Shown: in pieces, positions 9,851-19,750 of the stretch | Layout: each line of letters opens with the position of its first letter | Position numbering within the stretch: the stretch's first letter is position 1 | Assembly (NCBI GenBank): GCA_035251935.1 | Contig: DATFDR010000011.1 | Location: forward strand, 21,103-85,102 | Source: Rhizomicrobium sp. | Lineage (GTDB): Bacteria; Pseudomonadota; Alphaproteobacteria; Micropepsales; Micropepsaceae | Direction: 5' to 3' | Length of the DNA stretch: 64,000 bases | The notes under the pieces: generated by a model | Told to the model about the DNA's origin: nothing | What the model saw: only the letters and a program-made list of their open reading frames with translations | The model's database searches: none | Program-made: the position numbers and the translations under genes

Positions 9851-10762
9851 ATGGAATTTGACGCCGTCCTTATTGCAGGGCCCACCGCGAGCGGCAAGTC
9901 GGCTGCGGCGCTGGCTTTGGCGCAGGACATTGGCGGCGTGGTGATCAATGCCGATTCCATGCAGGTCTACCGCGAAGCGCCCATTCTCACTGCCCAGCCC
10001 AGCGCGCAGGACAAGGCGCGTGCGCCGCATCTGCTGTATGGCCATGTCGGGGCTAGGGCAGCGTATTCTGTTGGAAGCTGGCGCGCGGACGCCATCAAAG
10101 CATTGGCCCAAGCAAGAGCGATGAATCGTATCCCGATCTTTGCCGGCGGCACCGGGCTTTATTTCATGGCCCTAACCGACGGCTTGGCCGATGTGCCGCC
10201 GACGCCGCCGGAAATCCGCGACGCGGCGCGGGCGCTGCTGGATGATATCGGCGTGGAAGCCCTGCACGCCAAGCTCACCGATCGCGATCCTTTGACGGCG
10301 TCGCGTCTGCGCTCCTCCGATCCGCAGCGCGTGTTGCGCGCTTTTGAAGTGTTCGAAGCCACGGGACGGCCTTTGGCCGAATGGCAGAGCGCGCCTGCCG
10401 AACCGGTGCTGAAGGACAAAAGGATCGCCGCTTTCGTCCTGGATCCGCCCCGGCCCGCGCTGCGGGCGCGGATCGCCGAGCGTTTCGAGGCGATGTTGGA
10501 CGAGGGCGGGTTGGCGGAAGCGCGGAGCCTGGAAGGCTTGGACCCGGCCTTGCCGGCCGCAAAACTGCTGGGGTTGCGCCCGCTCCAAGCCCTGGCAACA
10601 GGGACCTTAACCCGGGCCGAAGCCCTGGATGCCGCTGTCACCGGAACGCGGCAATTTGCCAAACGCCAGATGACGTGGTTCCGCCACCGGATGCCACATT
10701 ATATCTGGTTTGACCCATTTGTTAGCAATTTAATTACACAATTCAGGCATATTTCTGCATGA
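9851..10762 (+). CDS. miaA: tRNA dimethylallyltransferase
   Basis: AVLIAGPTASGKSAAALALA (P-loop), ..INADSMQVYREAPILTAQP... Confidence 0.9.
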   Translation: MEFDAVLIAGPTASGKSAAALALAQDIGGVVINADSMQVYREAPILTAQPSAQDKARAPHLLYGHVGARAAYSVGSWRADAIKALAQARAMNRIPIFAGGTGLYFMALTDGLADVPPTPPEIRDAARALLDDIGVEALHAKLTDRDPLTASRLRSSDPQRVLRAFEVFEATGRPLAEWQSAPAEPVLKDKRIAAFVLDPPRPALRARIAERFEAMLDEGGLAEARSLEGLDPALPAAKLLGLRPLQALATGTLTRAEALDAAVTGTRQFAKRQMTWFRHRMPHYIWFDPFVSNLITQFRHISA

Positions 10763-10805
10763 AATTGCTTGACGCCGCATCGCAGCATCTTTAGGTTCCC
10801 GCGCC

Positions 10806-10910
10806 ATGAACTGGACGCTCGTAGGAGTTGGGCCGCTATTGCCGCGAAGCTGATCCTTTGCGGACATAGCGGTCATGCGGACAAGGGGCGGAAACGCCCC
10901 TTTATCTTTG
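10806..10910 (+). promoter_or_regulatory. Candidate ilvIH leader peptide plus intrinsic-terminator-type attenuator
   Basis: A 15-codon ORF MNWTLVGVGPLLPRS (10806-10853) uses rare CTC/GTA/GTT/CTA/TTG codons. It is followed by the hairpin aaggggcg-gaaa-cgcccctt and tatctttgg (10883-10910), 38 nt before the ilvI ATG. Confidence 0.35.
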
Positions 10911-10947
10911 GTGCAATTGCGAGCATTGGGTTTTCGAAGGACGGACG

Positions 10948-12750
10948 ATGGATAAGGACGACACATTGACGATGGGAGGGGCGGGCTCAACTGCCGCCGC
11001 CGAAACCATGACTGGCGCCCAGATGGTCATTCGCGCCCTCAAGGATCAGGGCGTCACCCATATCTTCGGCTATCCCGGCGGCGCGGTGCTGCCGATCTAT
11101 GACGCGCTGTTCAAAGTCGAAGGCATCACCCATGTGCTGGTGCGCCACGAACAGGGCGCGACCCATGCCGCCGAAGGTTATGCCCGCTCCACCGGCAAGC
11201 CTGGCGTGGTGCTGGTGACGTCCGGTCCCGGCGCCACCAATGCGGTGACCGGCCTGACCGATGCCTTGATGGATTCCATTCCCCTGGTCGTGCTGACGGG
11301 CCAGGTGCCCACCCATCTGATCGGTACCGACGCCTTCCAGGAATGCGACACGGTCGGCATCACGCGGCCCTGCACCAAGCACAATTGGCTGGTGAAGGAC
11401 GTGAACGAACTCAGCCGCGTGCTGCACGAAGCCTTTGAGATCGCCACCACCGGCCGCCCGGGTCCGGTGGTGGTGGATATTCCCAAGGACATCCAGTTCC
11501 AGAACGGCGCTTATCATGGTCCGCAATCGATCCATCACCGCACCTATCGGCCCAAGACCGATCCCGACCTGTCAGCCATCGTGAAGGCGGTGGAAATGAT
11601 GGCGGCGGCGAAAAAGCCCGTCTTCTACACCGGCGGCGGTATCGTCAATTCCGGGCCGGAAGCTTCAAAGCTGCTGCGCGAGCTGGTGGATTTGACCGGC
11701 TTTCCCATTACTTCGACCCTGATGGGGTTGGGGGCCTTCCCGGCCTCGCGCCCCGAATGGATGGGCCTGGTGGGCATGCACGGCACCTGGGAAGCCAATC
11801 ACGCCATGCATGATTGCGACCTAATGATCTGTCTGGGGGCGCGGTTCGACGACCGCGTGACCGGCAAGGTGAGCGCCTTCTCGCCCAAGTCCAAGAAGAT
11901 CCATCTGGATATCGACGCCTCGCAGATCAACAAGATCGTGCGCGTCGATCTGGGGATCGTGGCCGATGCGGCCAAGGCGCTACGCGAGATGATCCGCTTC
12001 TGGAAAACCCAAAAGCACAAGGTCCAGACCGACGCGTTGAAGGACTGGTGGAAGCAGATCGAGCAATGGCGCGCCAAGAAATCGCTGTCCTACAAGAATT
12101 CGGACACGATCATCAAACCGCAATATGCCATTGACCGGCTGTATGAACTGACCAAGCATCGCAAGGATGTCTATGTCACCACCGAAGTCGGTCAGCACCA
12201 GATGTGGGCGGCGCAGCGCTTCCATTTCCAGGAGCCCCACCATTGGATGACCAGTGGCGGGCTGGGTACCATGGGCTATGGCCTGCCGGCCGCCATCGGC
12301 GTGCAGATGGCCCATCCGGATGCGTTGGTGATCGATATCGCGGGCGAGGCGTCGGTGCAGATGACCATGCAGGAAATGTCCACCGCGATGCAGTACGACC
12401 TGCCGATCAAGATTTTCATTCTGAACAACGAATATATGGGCATGGTGCGCCAGTGGCAGGAAATCCTGCATGGCGGGCGCTATTCGCATTCCTATTCCGA
12501 GGCGCTGCCGGATTTCGTCAAGATGGCGGAAGCCTTTGGCTGTGTCGGCCTGCGCGCGACGAAACCGTCGGAACTGGATGGCAAGATCCAGGAAATGATC
12601 GCGGTCAAGAAGCCGGTGCTGTTCGACTGCCGCGTCGATCCGGCGGAAAATTGCTACCCCATGATCCCGTCCGGCGGGGCCCATAACGAAATGCTGTTGT
12701 CGCCCGATGACGGCGGCGAGATCAGCGACGCCGGAAAGATGTTGGTGTGA
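10948..12750 (+). CDS. ilvI: Acetolactate synthase, large (catalytic) subunit
   Basis: 600 aa: ..MTGAQMVIRALKDQGVTHIFGYPGGAVLPIYDAL.., a ThDP motif region GGLGTMGYGLPAAIG, and ..NNEYMGMVRQWQ... Confidence 0.9.
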   Translation: MDKDDTLTMGGAGSTAAAETMTGAQMVIRALKDQGVTHIFGYPGGAVLPIYDALFKVEGITHVLVRHEQGATHAAEGYARSTGKPGVVLVTSGPGATNAVTGLTDALMDSIPLVVLTGQVPTHLIGTDAFQECDTVGITRPCTKHNWLVKDVNELSRVLHEAFEIATTGRPGPVVVDIPKDIQFQNGAYHGPQSIHHRTYRPKTDPDLSAIVKAVEMMAAAKKPVFYTGGGIVNSGPEASKLLRELVDLTGFPITSTLMGLGAFPASRPEWMGLVGMHGTWEANHAMHDCDLMICLGARFDDRVTGKVSAFSPKSKKIHLDIDASQINKIVRVDLGIVADAAKALREMIRFWKTQKHKVQTDALKDWWKQIEQWRAKKSLSYKNSDTIIKPQYAIDRLYELTKHRKDVYVTTEVGQHQMWAAQRFHFQEPHHWMTSGGLGTMGYGLPAAIGVQMAHPDALVIDIAGEASVQMTMQEMSTAMQYDLPIKIFILNNEYMGMVRQWQEILHGGRYSHSYSEALPDFVKMAEAFGCVGLRATKPSELDGKIQEMIAVKKPVLFDCRVDPAENCYPMIPSGGAHNEMLLSPDDGGEISDAGKMLV

Positions 12751-13289
12751 TGGCGGACCCCAAAGCAAAACCGGCGAACGATATCGAGCGCCACACTTTG
12801 ACGGTGCTGGTGGACAATGAGGCCGGCGTGTTGGCGCGCGTGGTCGGGCTGTTTTCCGGGCGCGGCTACAATATCGAAAGCCTGACGGTGGCCGAGGTCG
12901 ATCCCATGGCCCGCACCAGTCGCATCACCATCGTCACCAGCGGCACTTTGCAGGTGATCGAACAGATCGAGGCGCAGTTGCGCCGCCTGGTACCCACCCA
13001 CAGGGTCACCAACTGGACAGATGCCAGGAATGGGGCCAAGGCGGGTATCGAGCGCGAAATGGCGCTGATCAAGGTGGCGGGCACCGGTGACAAGCGCGTG
13101 GAAGCTTTGCGCATGGCCGATGCCTTCCGGGCCCGCCCCGTCGACACCACCCATTCCAGCTTTGTCTTCGAAATCACCGGGGCCCCCGCCAAGATCGACT
13201 CATTCGTGGACCTGATGCGGCCTTTGGGGCTGGTGGATGTCTCCCGCACCGGGGTCGCTGCGATCAGCCGCGGCCCGGAAGCCATGTGA
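12747..13289 (+). CDS. ilvH: Acetolactate synthase, small (regulatory, ACT-domain) subunit
   Basis: HTLTVLVDNEAGVLARVVGLFSGRGYNIESLTV..; its start overlaps the ilvI stop. Confidence 0.9.
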   Translation: MMADPKAKPANDIERHTLTVLVDNEAGVLARVVGLFSGRGYNIESLTVAEVDPMARTSRITIVTSGTLQVIEQIEAQLRRLVPTHRVTNWTDARNGAKAGIEREMALIKVAGTGDKRVEALRMADAFRARPVDTTHSSFVFEITGAPAKIDSFVDLMRPLGLVDVSRTGVAAISRGPEAM

Positions 13290-13300
13290 AAGACTGAGCG

Positions 13301-15116
<1,816 letters not shown>

Positions 15117-15218
15117 CGCGCTGGCCTTTTGACCGCTGGCGGCGTCGCGCGTGCTCACGTACTTTCCTTTCGTACGCTCCGCGCGACGCTCCTGGCCAGC
15201 GGCCAAAATGCGGCGCGC
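15117..15218. repeat. ~100-bp palindromic REP/MITE-like element, copy 1
   Basis: ..gccttttgaccgctggcggcgtcgcgcgtgctcacgtactttcctttcgtacgctccgcgcgacgctcctggccagcggccaaaatgc... Self-complementary arms; near-identical copy at 18182-18278. Confidence 0.85.
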
Positions 15219-15234
15219 GGAAAAGGGGAGCCCC

Positions 15235-15711
15235 ATGACTGAACGCCCACCTATCCCCAATCCGCCCTATACCGGCAGTTGCCTCTGCGGCGCGGTGCGC
15301 TGGACGCTGGAGGCGCGGCCGCTGGCGATCAATGCCTGTCATTGCACCGACTGCAAGAAGATGACCGGCGCAACCAATGTCATCATGCTGATCGCTAGCA
15401 ACGAGACCTTCTCGTTTACCGGCGAAACCCATGCCTATCGCAAGCGCGCGGCTTCCGGGCGCGAGCTGGACATCCAGCGTTGCGCTATCTGCGGGGTGCG
15501 CATGTTCCACCACAATCTGGCATCCAATGCGCTGGTCTTTATCGCCGCCGGTACGTTGGATGATTCCCGTTGGGCGATCCCCACCTCGCATATCTGGGTG
15601 GAAAAGGCGTCTCCCGATGTCGTCATGCGGGAGGACGCCGTCAAAGTGGTGGGCCAGCCCGTCGACCGCCAGATTCTGATCGACGCCTTTGCCAAAGTGT
15701 ATGGCCTATGA
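15235..15711 (+). CDS. GFA-family (glutathione-dependent formaldehyde-activating / CENP-V-like) zinc protein
   Basis: [21 protein letters not shown] Cys pattern; ATG at 15235 after aaaagggga. Confidence 0.8.
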   Translation: MTERPPIPNPPYTGSCLCGAVRWTLEARPLAINACHCTDCKKMTGATNVIMLIASNETFSFTGETHAYRKRAASGRELDIQRCAICGVRMFHHNLASNALVFIAAGTLDDSRWAIPTSHIWVEKASPDVVMREDAVKVVGQPVDRQILIDAFAKVYGL

Positions 15712-16898
15712 CGCTGGGCACGCCGCTCTCGCCCGCCGCGACCCGTGTGATGCTGCTGGGTTCGGGCGAGCTGGGCAAGGAAGTCGTCATCGAACTGCAA
15801 CGGCTTGGTGTCGAGACCATCGCGGTAGACCGCTATGCGGACGCCCCCGCGCATCAGGTGGCGCATCGCTCGCATGTGATCGACATGACCGACGCCAGGG
15901 CATTGCGCGCCCTGGTGGAACAGGAACGCCCGCATGTCCTGGTGCCGGAGATCGAGGCGCTGGCCACCGACGAACTGGTGCGGATCGAAGCGGACGGGCT
16001 TTGCACCGTCATCCCTACCGCGCGCGCCGCCCATATCACCATGAACCGTGAACGCATCCGTGTCTTGGCGGCGGAAGAATTGAAATTGCCGACCTCGCCC
16101 TATGCCTTTGCGACGTCCCTGGCGGAATTGCAGGCAGCAGTGGCAAGGATCGGCTTTCCCTGTTTTGTGAAGCCGGTGATGTCCTCCTCCGGCAAGGGCC
16201 AGTCGCGGCTGAAATCCGCCGACGATGTGGCGCCCGCTTGGCAAAAGGCCCTCAGCGCGGGGCGGGTGCGTGAGGCCCGGGTGATCGTGGAAGGCGAAAT
16301 AAGCTTCGATTTTGAGATCACCCAGCTGACGGTGCGCGCCAGTGACGGCGCGCATTTCTGCGAACCCATCGGCCATGTCCAAAAGGATGGCGATTATGTG
16401 GAAAGCTGGCAGCCGCAAGCCATGAGCGACGCGGCGCGCAAAAAATCCCGCCATATGGCTGCCGCCGTCACCGGCGCATTGGGCGGCTTGGGAATTTTCG
16501 GCGTCGAATTGTTCGTCAAGGGTGATGAGGTCTGGTTTTCGGAAGTCTCGCCGCGGCCGCATGACACCGGCCTGGTCACCTTGGTGTCGCAATTGCAATC
16601 GGAATTTGCTTTGCATGCCCGCGCCATTCTGGGCTTGTCGGTCAATACCGAAATGGCATCGCCGGGCGCCTCGGCGGTGATCTATGGCGGGGTGGAAGCC
16701 GGTGCGCTCTCCTTCGACGGCGTGGAAGAGGCGCTGAAAATTCCCGGCAGCGAACTGCGCCTGTTCGGCAAGCCGCAATCCTTTGTGAAGCGCCGCATGG
16801 GCGTGGCGCTGGCGCGCGCCGCCACCACCGATGAAGCGCGGATGCGCGCCAAGGCCTGCGCGGGCGCGGTGAAACCGGTTGTTTACCTGTCACGGTAA
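15708..16898 (+). CDS. purT: Formate-dependent phosphoribosylglycinamide formyltransferase (GAR transformylase 2)
   Basis: [48 protein letters not shown]..; ATP-grasp fold; ATGA overlap with the upstream stop. Confidence 0.9.
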   Translation: MTLGTPLSPAATRVMLLGSGELGKEVVIELQRLGVETIAVDRYADAPAHQVAHRSHVIDMTDARALRALVEQERPHVLVPEIEALATDELVRIEADGLCTVIPTARAAHITMNRERIRVLAAEELKLPTSPYAFATSLAELQAAVARIGFPCFVKPVMSSSGKGQSRLKSADDVAPAWQKALSAGRVREARVIVEGEISFDFEITQLTVRASDGAHFCEPIGHVQKDGDYVESWQPQAMSDAARKKSRHMAAAVTGALGGLGIFGVELFVKGDEVWFSEVSPRPHDTGLVTLVSQLQSEFALHARAILGLSVNTEMASPGASAVIYGGVEAGALSFDGVEEALKIPGSELRLFGKPQSFVKRRMGVALARAATTDEARMRAKACAGAVKPVVYLSR

Positions 16899-16985
16899 CT
16901 TCACAAAATTTCCCGGTTGGCCGGACCGCGATTAACCACCTGCACACGGCCCGACCGTACCTTTCCGGCAGCACCGGGGGAACTC

Positions 16986-18182
16986 ATGACAATTGCTGGA
17001 GACGATCTGACGGCTGGGACGCTGGCGGTACCCACGCCGGCCTTATGCGAGCGCACCACCTGCGGGGAAGTGTTTGATTGGTTCACCGCCAATCCGGCGG
17101 TGCCGGCGGTGGCAATCTTGGACAGCAGAAGCGAAACGGTGCTGGGCCTGATCAACCGTTTCATGTTTTTCGGCCGCTATGCCAAGCCCTATGTGCCCGA
17201 ACTGTTTGCCCGCAAGTCCGTTCTCAGGCTGGCCAATCGCGCGCCCCTGATGGTGGATTGCGACGTCAGACTGGCGGACTTAGGCACCACCTTGTTGGTG
17301 GAAAATCCCGATGCCTTGATCGAATGTTTTGTGGTGACCAAGCGCGGGCGTTATCTGGGCGTGGGCACCGGCGAAGCCTTGCTGCAAGGCAAGGTCAAGC
17401 TGCTGCAAGCCCGCGAAGCCCAATTGTGCAAGGCCTTGTATGCGGAAACCCGTGCCAACGCCGCCAAGAGCGATTTTTTGGCGCTGATGAGCCATGAACT
17501 GCGCACGCCGCTGAACGCCATCATCGGTTTCTCGGATGTGTTGGGCAACGAAATGCTGGGACCTCTGGGCCATCCGCGCTATCGCGAATATGCCAATGAT
17601 GTGAACGGCGCGGGCAAGCATCTGCTGGCGCTGATCAACGACATTTTGGATCTGTCCAAGGCCGCCGCCGGAAAGTTTGAGCTTGTGGACGAGGAAATCG
17701 CGCCCGCCGACATTGTCGCAGAATGTCTGCGGCTGACACGCGGCAAGGCGCGTGAAGGCGGTTTGCGTCTGACGGCCGAGATGGCGCCGGGCCTGCCCAA
17801 TGTTCTGGTGGACCGGCTGCGCTTCAAGCAGGCGCTGCTCAATCTGTGTTCCAACGCCATCAAATTCACCCCCGGCGGCGGCAAAGTGGATATTTCAGGC
17901 CACCAGAGACAAGACGGCAGTGTCGTGCTGGCGGTGCGCGATACCGGCATCGGCATGGCGCCAGACCAGATTCCCATCGCGCTGGAGCCTTTCCGCCAAG
18001 TGGCGTCGCCCTTTGCCCGCAATGCCGAGGGCACCGGGCTGGGCCTGGCGTTGGTCAAATCGCTGATCGAATGCCATGGCGGCGCGCTGGAAATCGAAAG
18101 CGTGCTGCACAAGGGCACGACCGCGCGCTTGATCTTGCCGGCGGAACGGGCGGTACGGCGGCGGACGGCGCTGTCGGCTTAG
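16986..18182 (+). CDS. Orphan sensor histidine kinase (N-terminal CBS-pair-like sensor, HisKA, HATPase_c)
   Basis: H-box SDFLALMSHELRTPLNAIIGFSDVL, and N/G boxes ..NLCSNAIKFTP.., ..DTGIGM.., ..GTGLGLALV... No response regulator is adjacent. The ATG at 16986 is preferred over the TTG at 16917. Confidence 0.8.
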   Translation: MTIAGDDLTAGTLAVPTPALCERTTCGEVFDWFTANPAVPAVAILDSRSETVLGLINRFMFFGRYAKPYVPELFARKSVLRLANRAPLMVDCDVRLADLGTTLLVENPDALIECFVVTKRGRYLGVGTGEALLQGKVKLLQAREAQLCKALYAETRANAAKSDFLALMSHELRTPLNAIIGFSDVLGNEMLGPLGHPRYREYANDVNGAGKHLLALINDILDLSKAAAGKFELVDEEIAPADIVAECLRLTRGKAREGGLRLTAEMAPGLPNVLVDRLRFKQALLNLCSNAIKFTPGGGKVDISGHQRQDGSVVLAVRDTGIGMAPDQIPIALEPFRQVASPFARNAEGTGLGLALVKSLIECHGGALEIESVLHKGTTARLILPAERAVRRRTALSA

Positions 18183-18278
18183 GCGCTAGCCTTTTGTCCG
18201 CTGGCGGCGTCGCGCGTGCTCACGTACTTTCGTACGCTCCGCGCGACGCTCCTGGCCAGCGGCCAAAATGCTGCGCGC
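18182..18278. repeat. ~100-bp palindromic REP/MITE-like element, copy 2 (same orientation as copy 1)
   Basis: ..gccttttgtccgctggcggcgtcgcgcgtgctcacgtactttcgtacgctccgcgcgacgctcctggccagcggccaaaatgc... Confidence 0.85.
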
Positions 18279-18290
18279 CAAAAAATTAAA

Positions 18291-19583
18291 TCAAGTCGGG
18301 TTTTCTAGACTGAACGACGCCGCGTCGTCGTTGTATGAGAACAGCTCGGCAAAGCGGGCCCACGATACCACCGCCTTCAGCGTTTCTTCGGCTGTATCCT
18401 CGGCCATATGGTCTTCCAATTCGTCCAGGAATCGGGTCTTGGGTGCCGAATGGCTGGCGCGTTCGTCCAACACTTTACGAATATGGGCGGCCAACGGCAC
18501 ATTGCTTATCAGGGCGCGCGAGAAAATCTCCTTGCGCTCATTCAACTCCCCATCGGCGAAACGCTTGCCCATGTGGGTGAGCTTGATGTCGCCGCCCTCC
18601 ACCTCGGCCAGCCGCAGCAGCTGCATGGCTTCCGCCACGGGAAACAGCTCGTCCACCTCCAATTCCTGTTCATAGGCGATGTCCGGCAAGTCGGCCTTGC
18701 CATTATAAGGCGGCGCGGACAAGGCCTCGATCAAACCGGAAATCTGGTTGGGCGAGACATGGGTAAGGGGCATTTCAATGCTGGGTCCGGCGGCGGTCTG
18801 GGCGCGCAGGCGTTCCACCCGCCGGGCGGTCATTTCGACATAGATACGATCGACATAATCCTCAAATTGGGGCGAGGTGCGATCGCGCGGCTGCGGCAGA
18901 TCGATGGCAATGTCGGCGCTGACCTTGGCGGGATTGGAGGAGAACAACAGCACCCGGTCGCACATCAACACCGCTTCCTCGATGTTATGGGTAACCAGAA
19001 TGATGCCTTTGATAGGCAGCTTGCGGTTGCCCCAAAGTTCGATCAGATCGGTACGCAGATTTTCCGCCGTCAGCACGTCCAGCGCGCTGAAAGGCTCGTC
19101 CATCAGAAGAATATTGGGATGCACCACCACGGCGCGGGCAAAACCGACGCGCTGGCGCATGCCGCCCGACAATTCGCGCGGATAGGCGCTCTCATACCCG
19201 TCCAGTCCGATCAGGTCGATGGCGGCCAAGGCGCGGCTGCGGATCTCAGCTTCCGGCAAGCCCAAGGCTTCCAGTCCCAGCTCCACATTCTCCAAGACCG
19301 TCATCCAAGGAAACAGTGCAAAGCCCTGAAACACCATGGCCACGCCCTGGGCCGGGCCCGCGATGGGTGCGCCCATGTAAGTGAGGCTGCCGCCTTGCGG
19401 CCGCGCCAAGCCTGCGATCAGGCGCAGCAAGGTGGATTTGCCCGATCCCGAACGGCCGAGCAAGCCGACAATCTCGCCTTCCTTTAGCGTCAGATTGACA
19501 TCGTCCAGCACCAGCAATTCTTCGCCGCCGCTGCGCGGAAAAGACCGCCTGACATTGTGGACTTCCAGCAGATTGGTGGTCAT
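18291..19583 (-). CDS. ABC transporter ATP-binding protein (nitrate/sulfonate/taurine-type) with an extra C-terminal domain
   Basis: Walker A GRSGSGKSTLL, signature LSGGMRQRV, Walker B ILLMDEPFSALD, plus about 170 additional C-terminal residues. Confidence 0.85.
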   Translation of the reverse strand: MTTNLLEVHNVRRSFPRSGGEELLVLDDVNLTLKEGEIVGLLGRSGSGKSTLLRLIAGLARPQGGSLTYMGAPIAGPAQGVAMVFQGFALFPWMTVLENVELGLEALGLPEAEIRSRALAAIDLIGLDGYESAYPRELSGGMRQRVGFARAVVVHPNILLMDEPFSALDVLTAENLRTDLIELWGNRKLPIKGIILVTHNIEEAVLMCDRVLLFSSNPAKVSADIAIDLPQPRDRTSPQFEDYVDRIYVEMTARRVERLRAQTAAGPSIEMPLTHVSPNQISGLIEALSAPPYNGKADLPDIAYEQELEVDELFPVAEAMQLLRLAEVEGGDIKLTHMGKRFADGELNERKEIFSRALISNVPLAAHIRKVLDERASHSAPKTRFLDELEDHMAEDTAEETLKAVVSWARFAELFSYNDDAASFSLENPT

Positions 19584-19585
19584 TG

Positions 19586-19748
19586 CTAGTGTCCCGATTC
19601 CGAAATTCGTGTGATCTCCATATCAAGCTCCAGGCGAATTTCGGAATCGAAGGACACTAGCAATTTATTGATTCTAGTGTCGTTTGGTTTCGAAGTTCGC
19701 TCAGAGCCCGATATCAATATACTGCGAACTTCGAAACCACGACACTAG
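19586..19748. repeat. Twin-hairpin composite repeat (two ~75-bp hairpin units A and B with CTAGTGTC...GACACTAG termini)
   Basis: A = 19586-19660 (ctagtgtcccgattccgaaattcg...cgaatttcggaatcgaaggacactag). B = 19674-19748 (ctagtgtcgtttggtttcgaagttcgc...gcgaacttcgaaaccacgacactag). An inverted copy lies at 63179-63343. Confidence 0.9.
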
Positions 19749-19750
19749 GC

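Noticed and set aside
9842-10111. 90-codon N-terminal extension of serB given in the ORF track
   Set aside because: The extension runs antisense through the miaA coding region and is Arg-rich. Homology to SerB starts near MFVLNVIG (ATG at 9841).
10769-10969. 66-aa ORF in the miaA-ilvI spacer
   Set aside because: It has no RBS and no recognisable product, and it spans the terminator-like hairpin. The region is better interpreted as a leader/attenuator.
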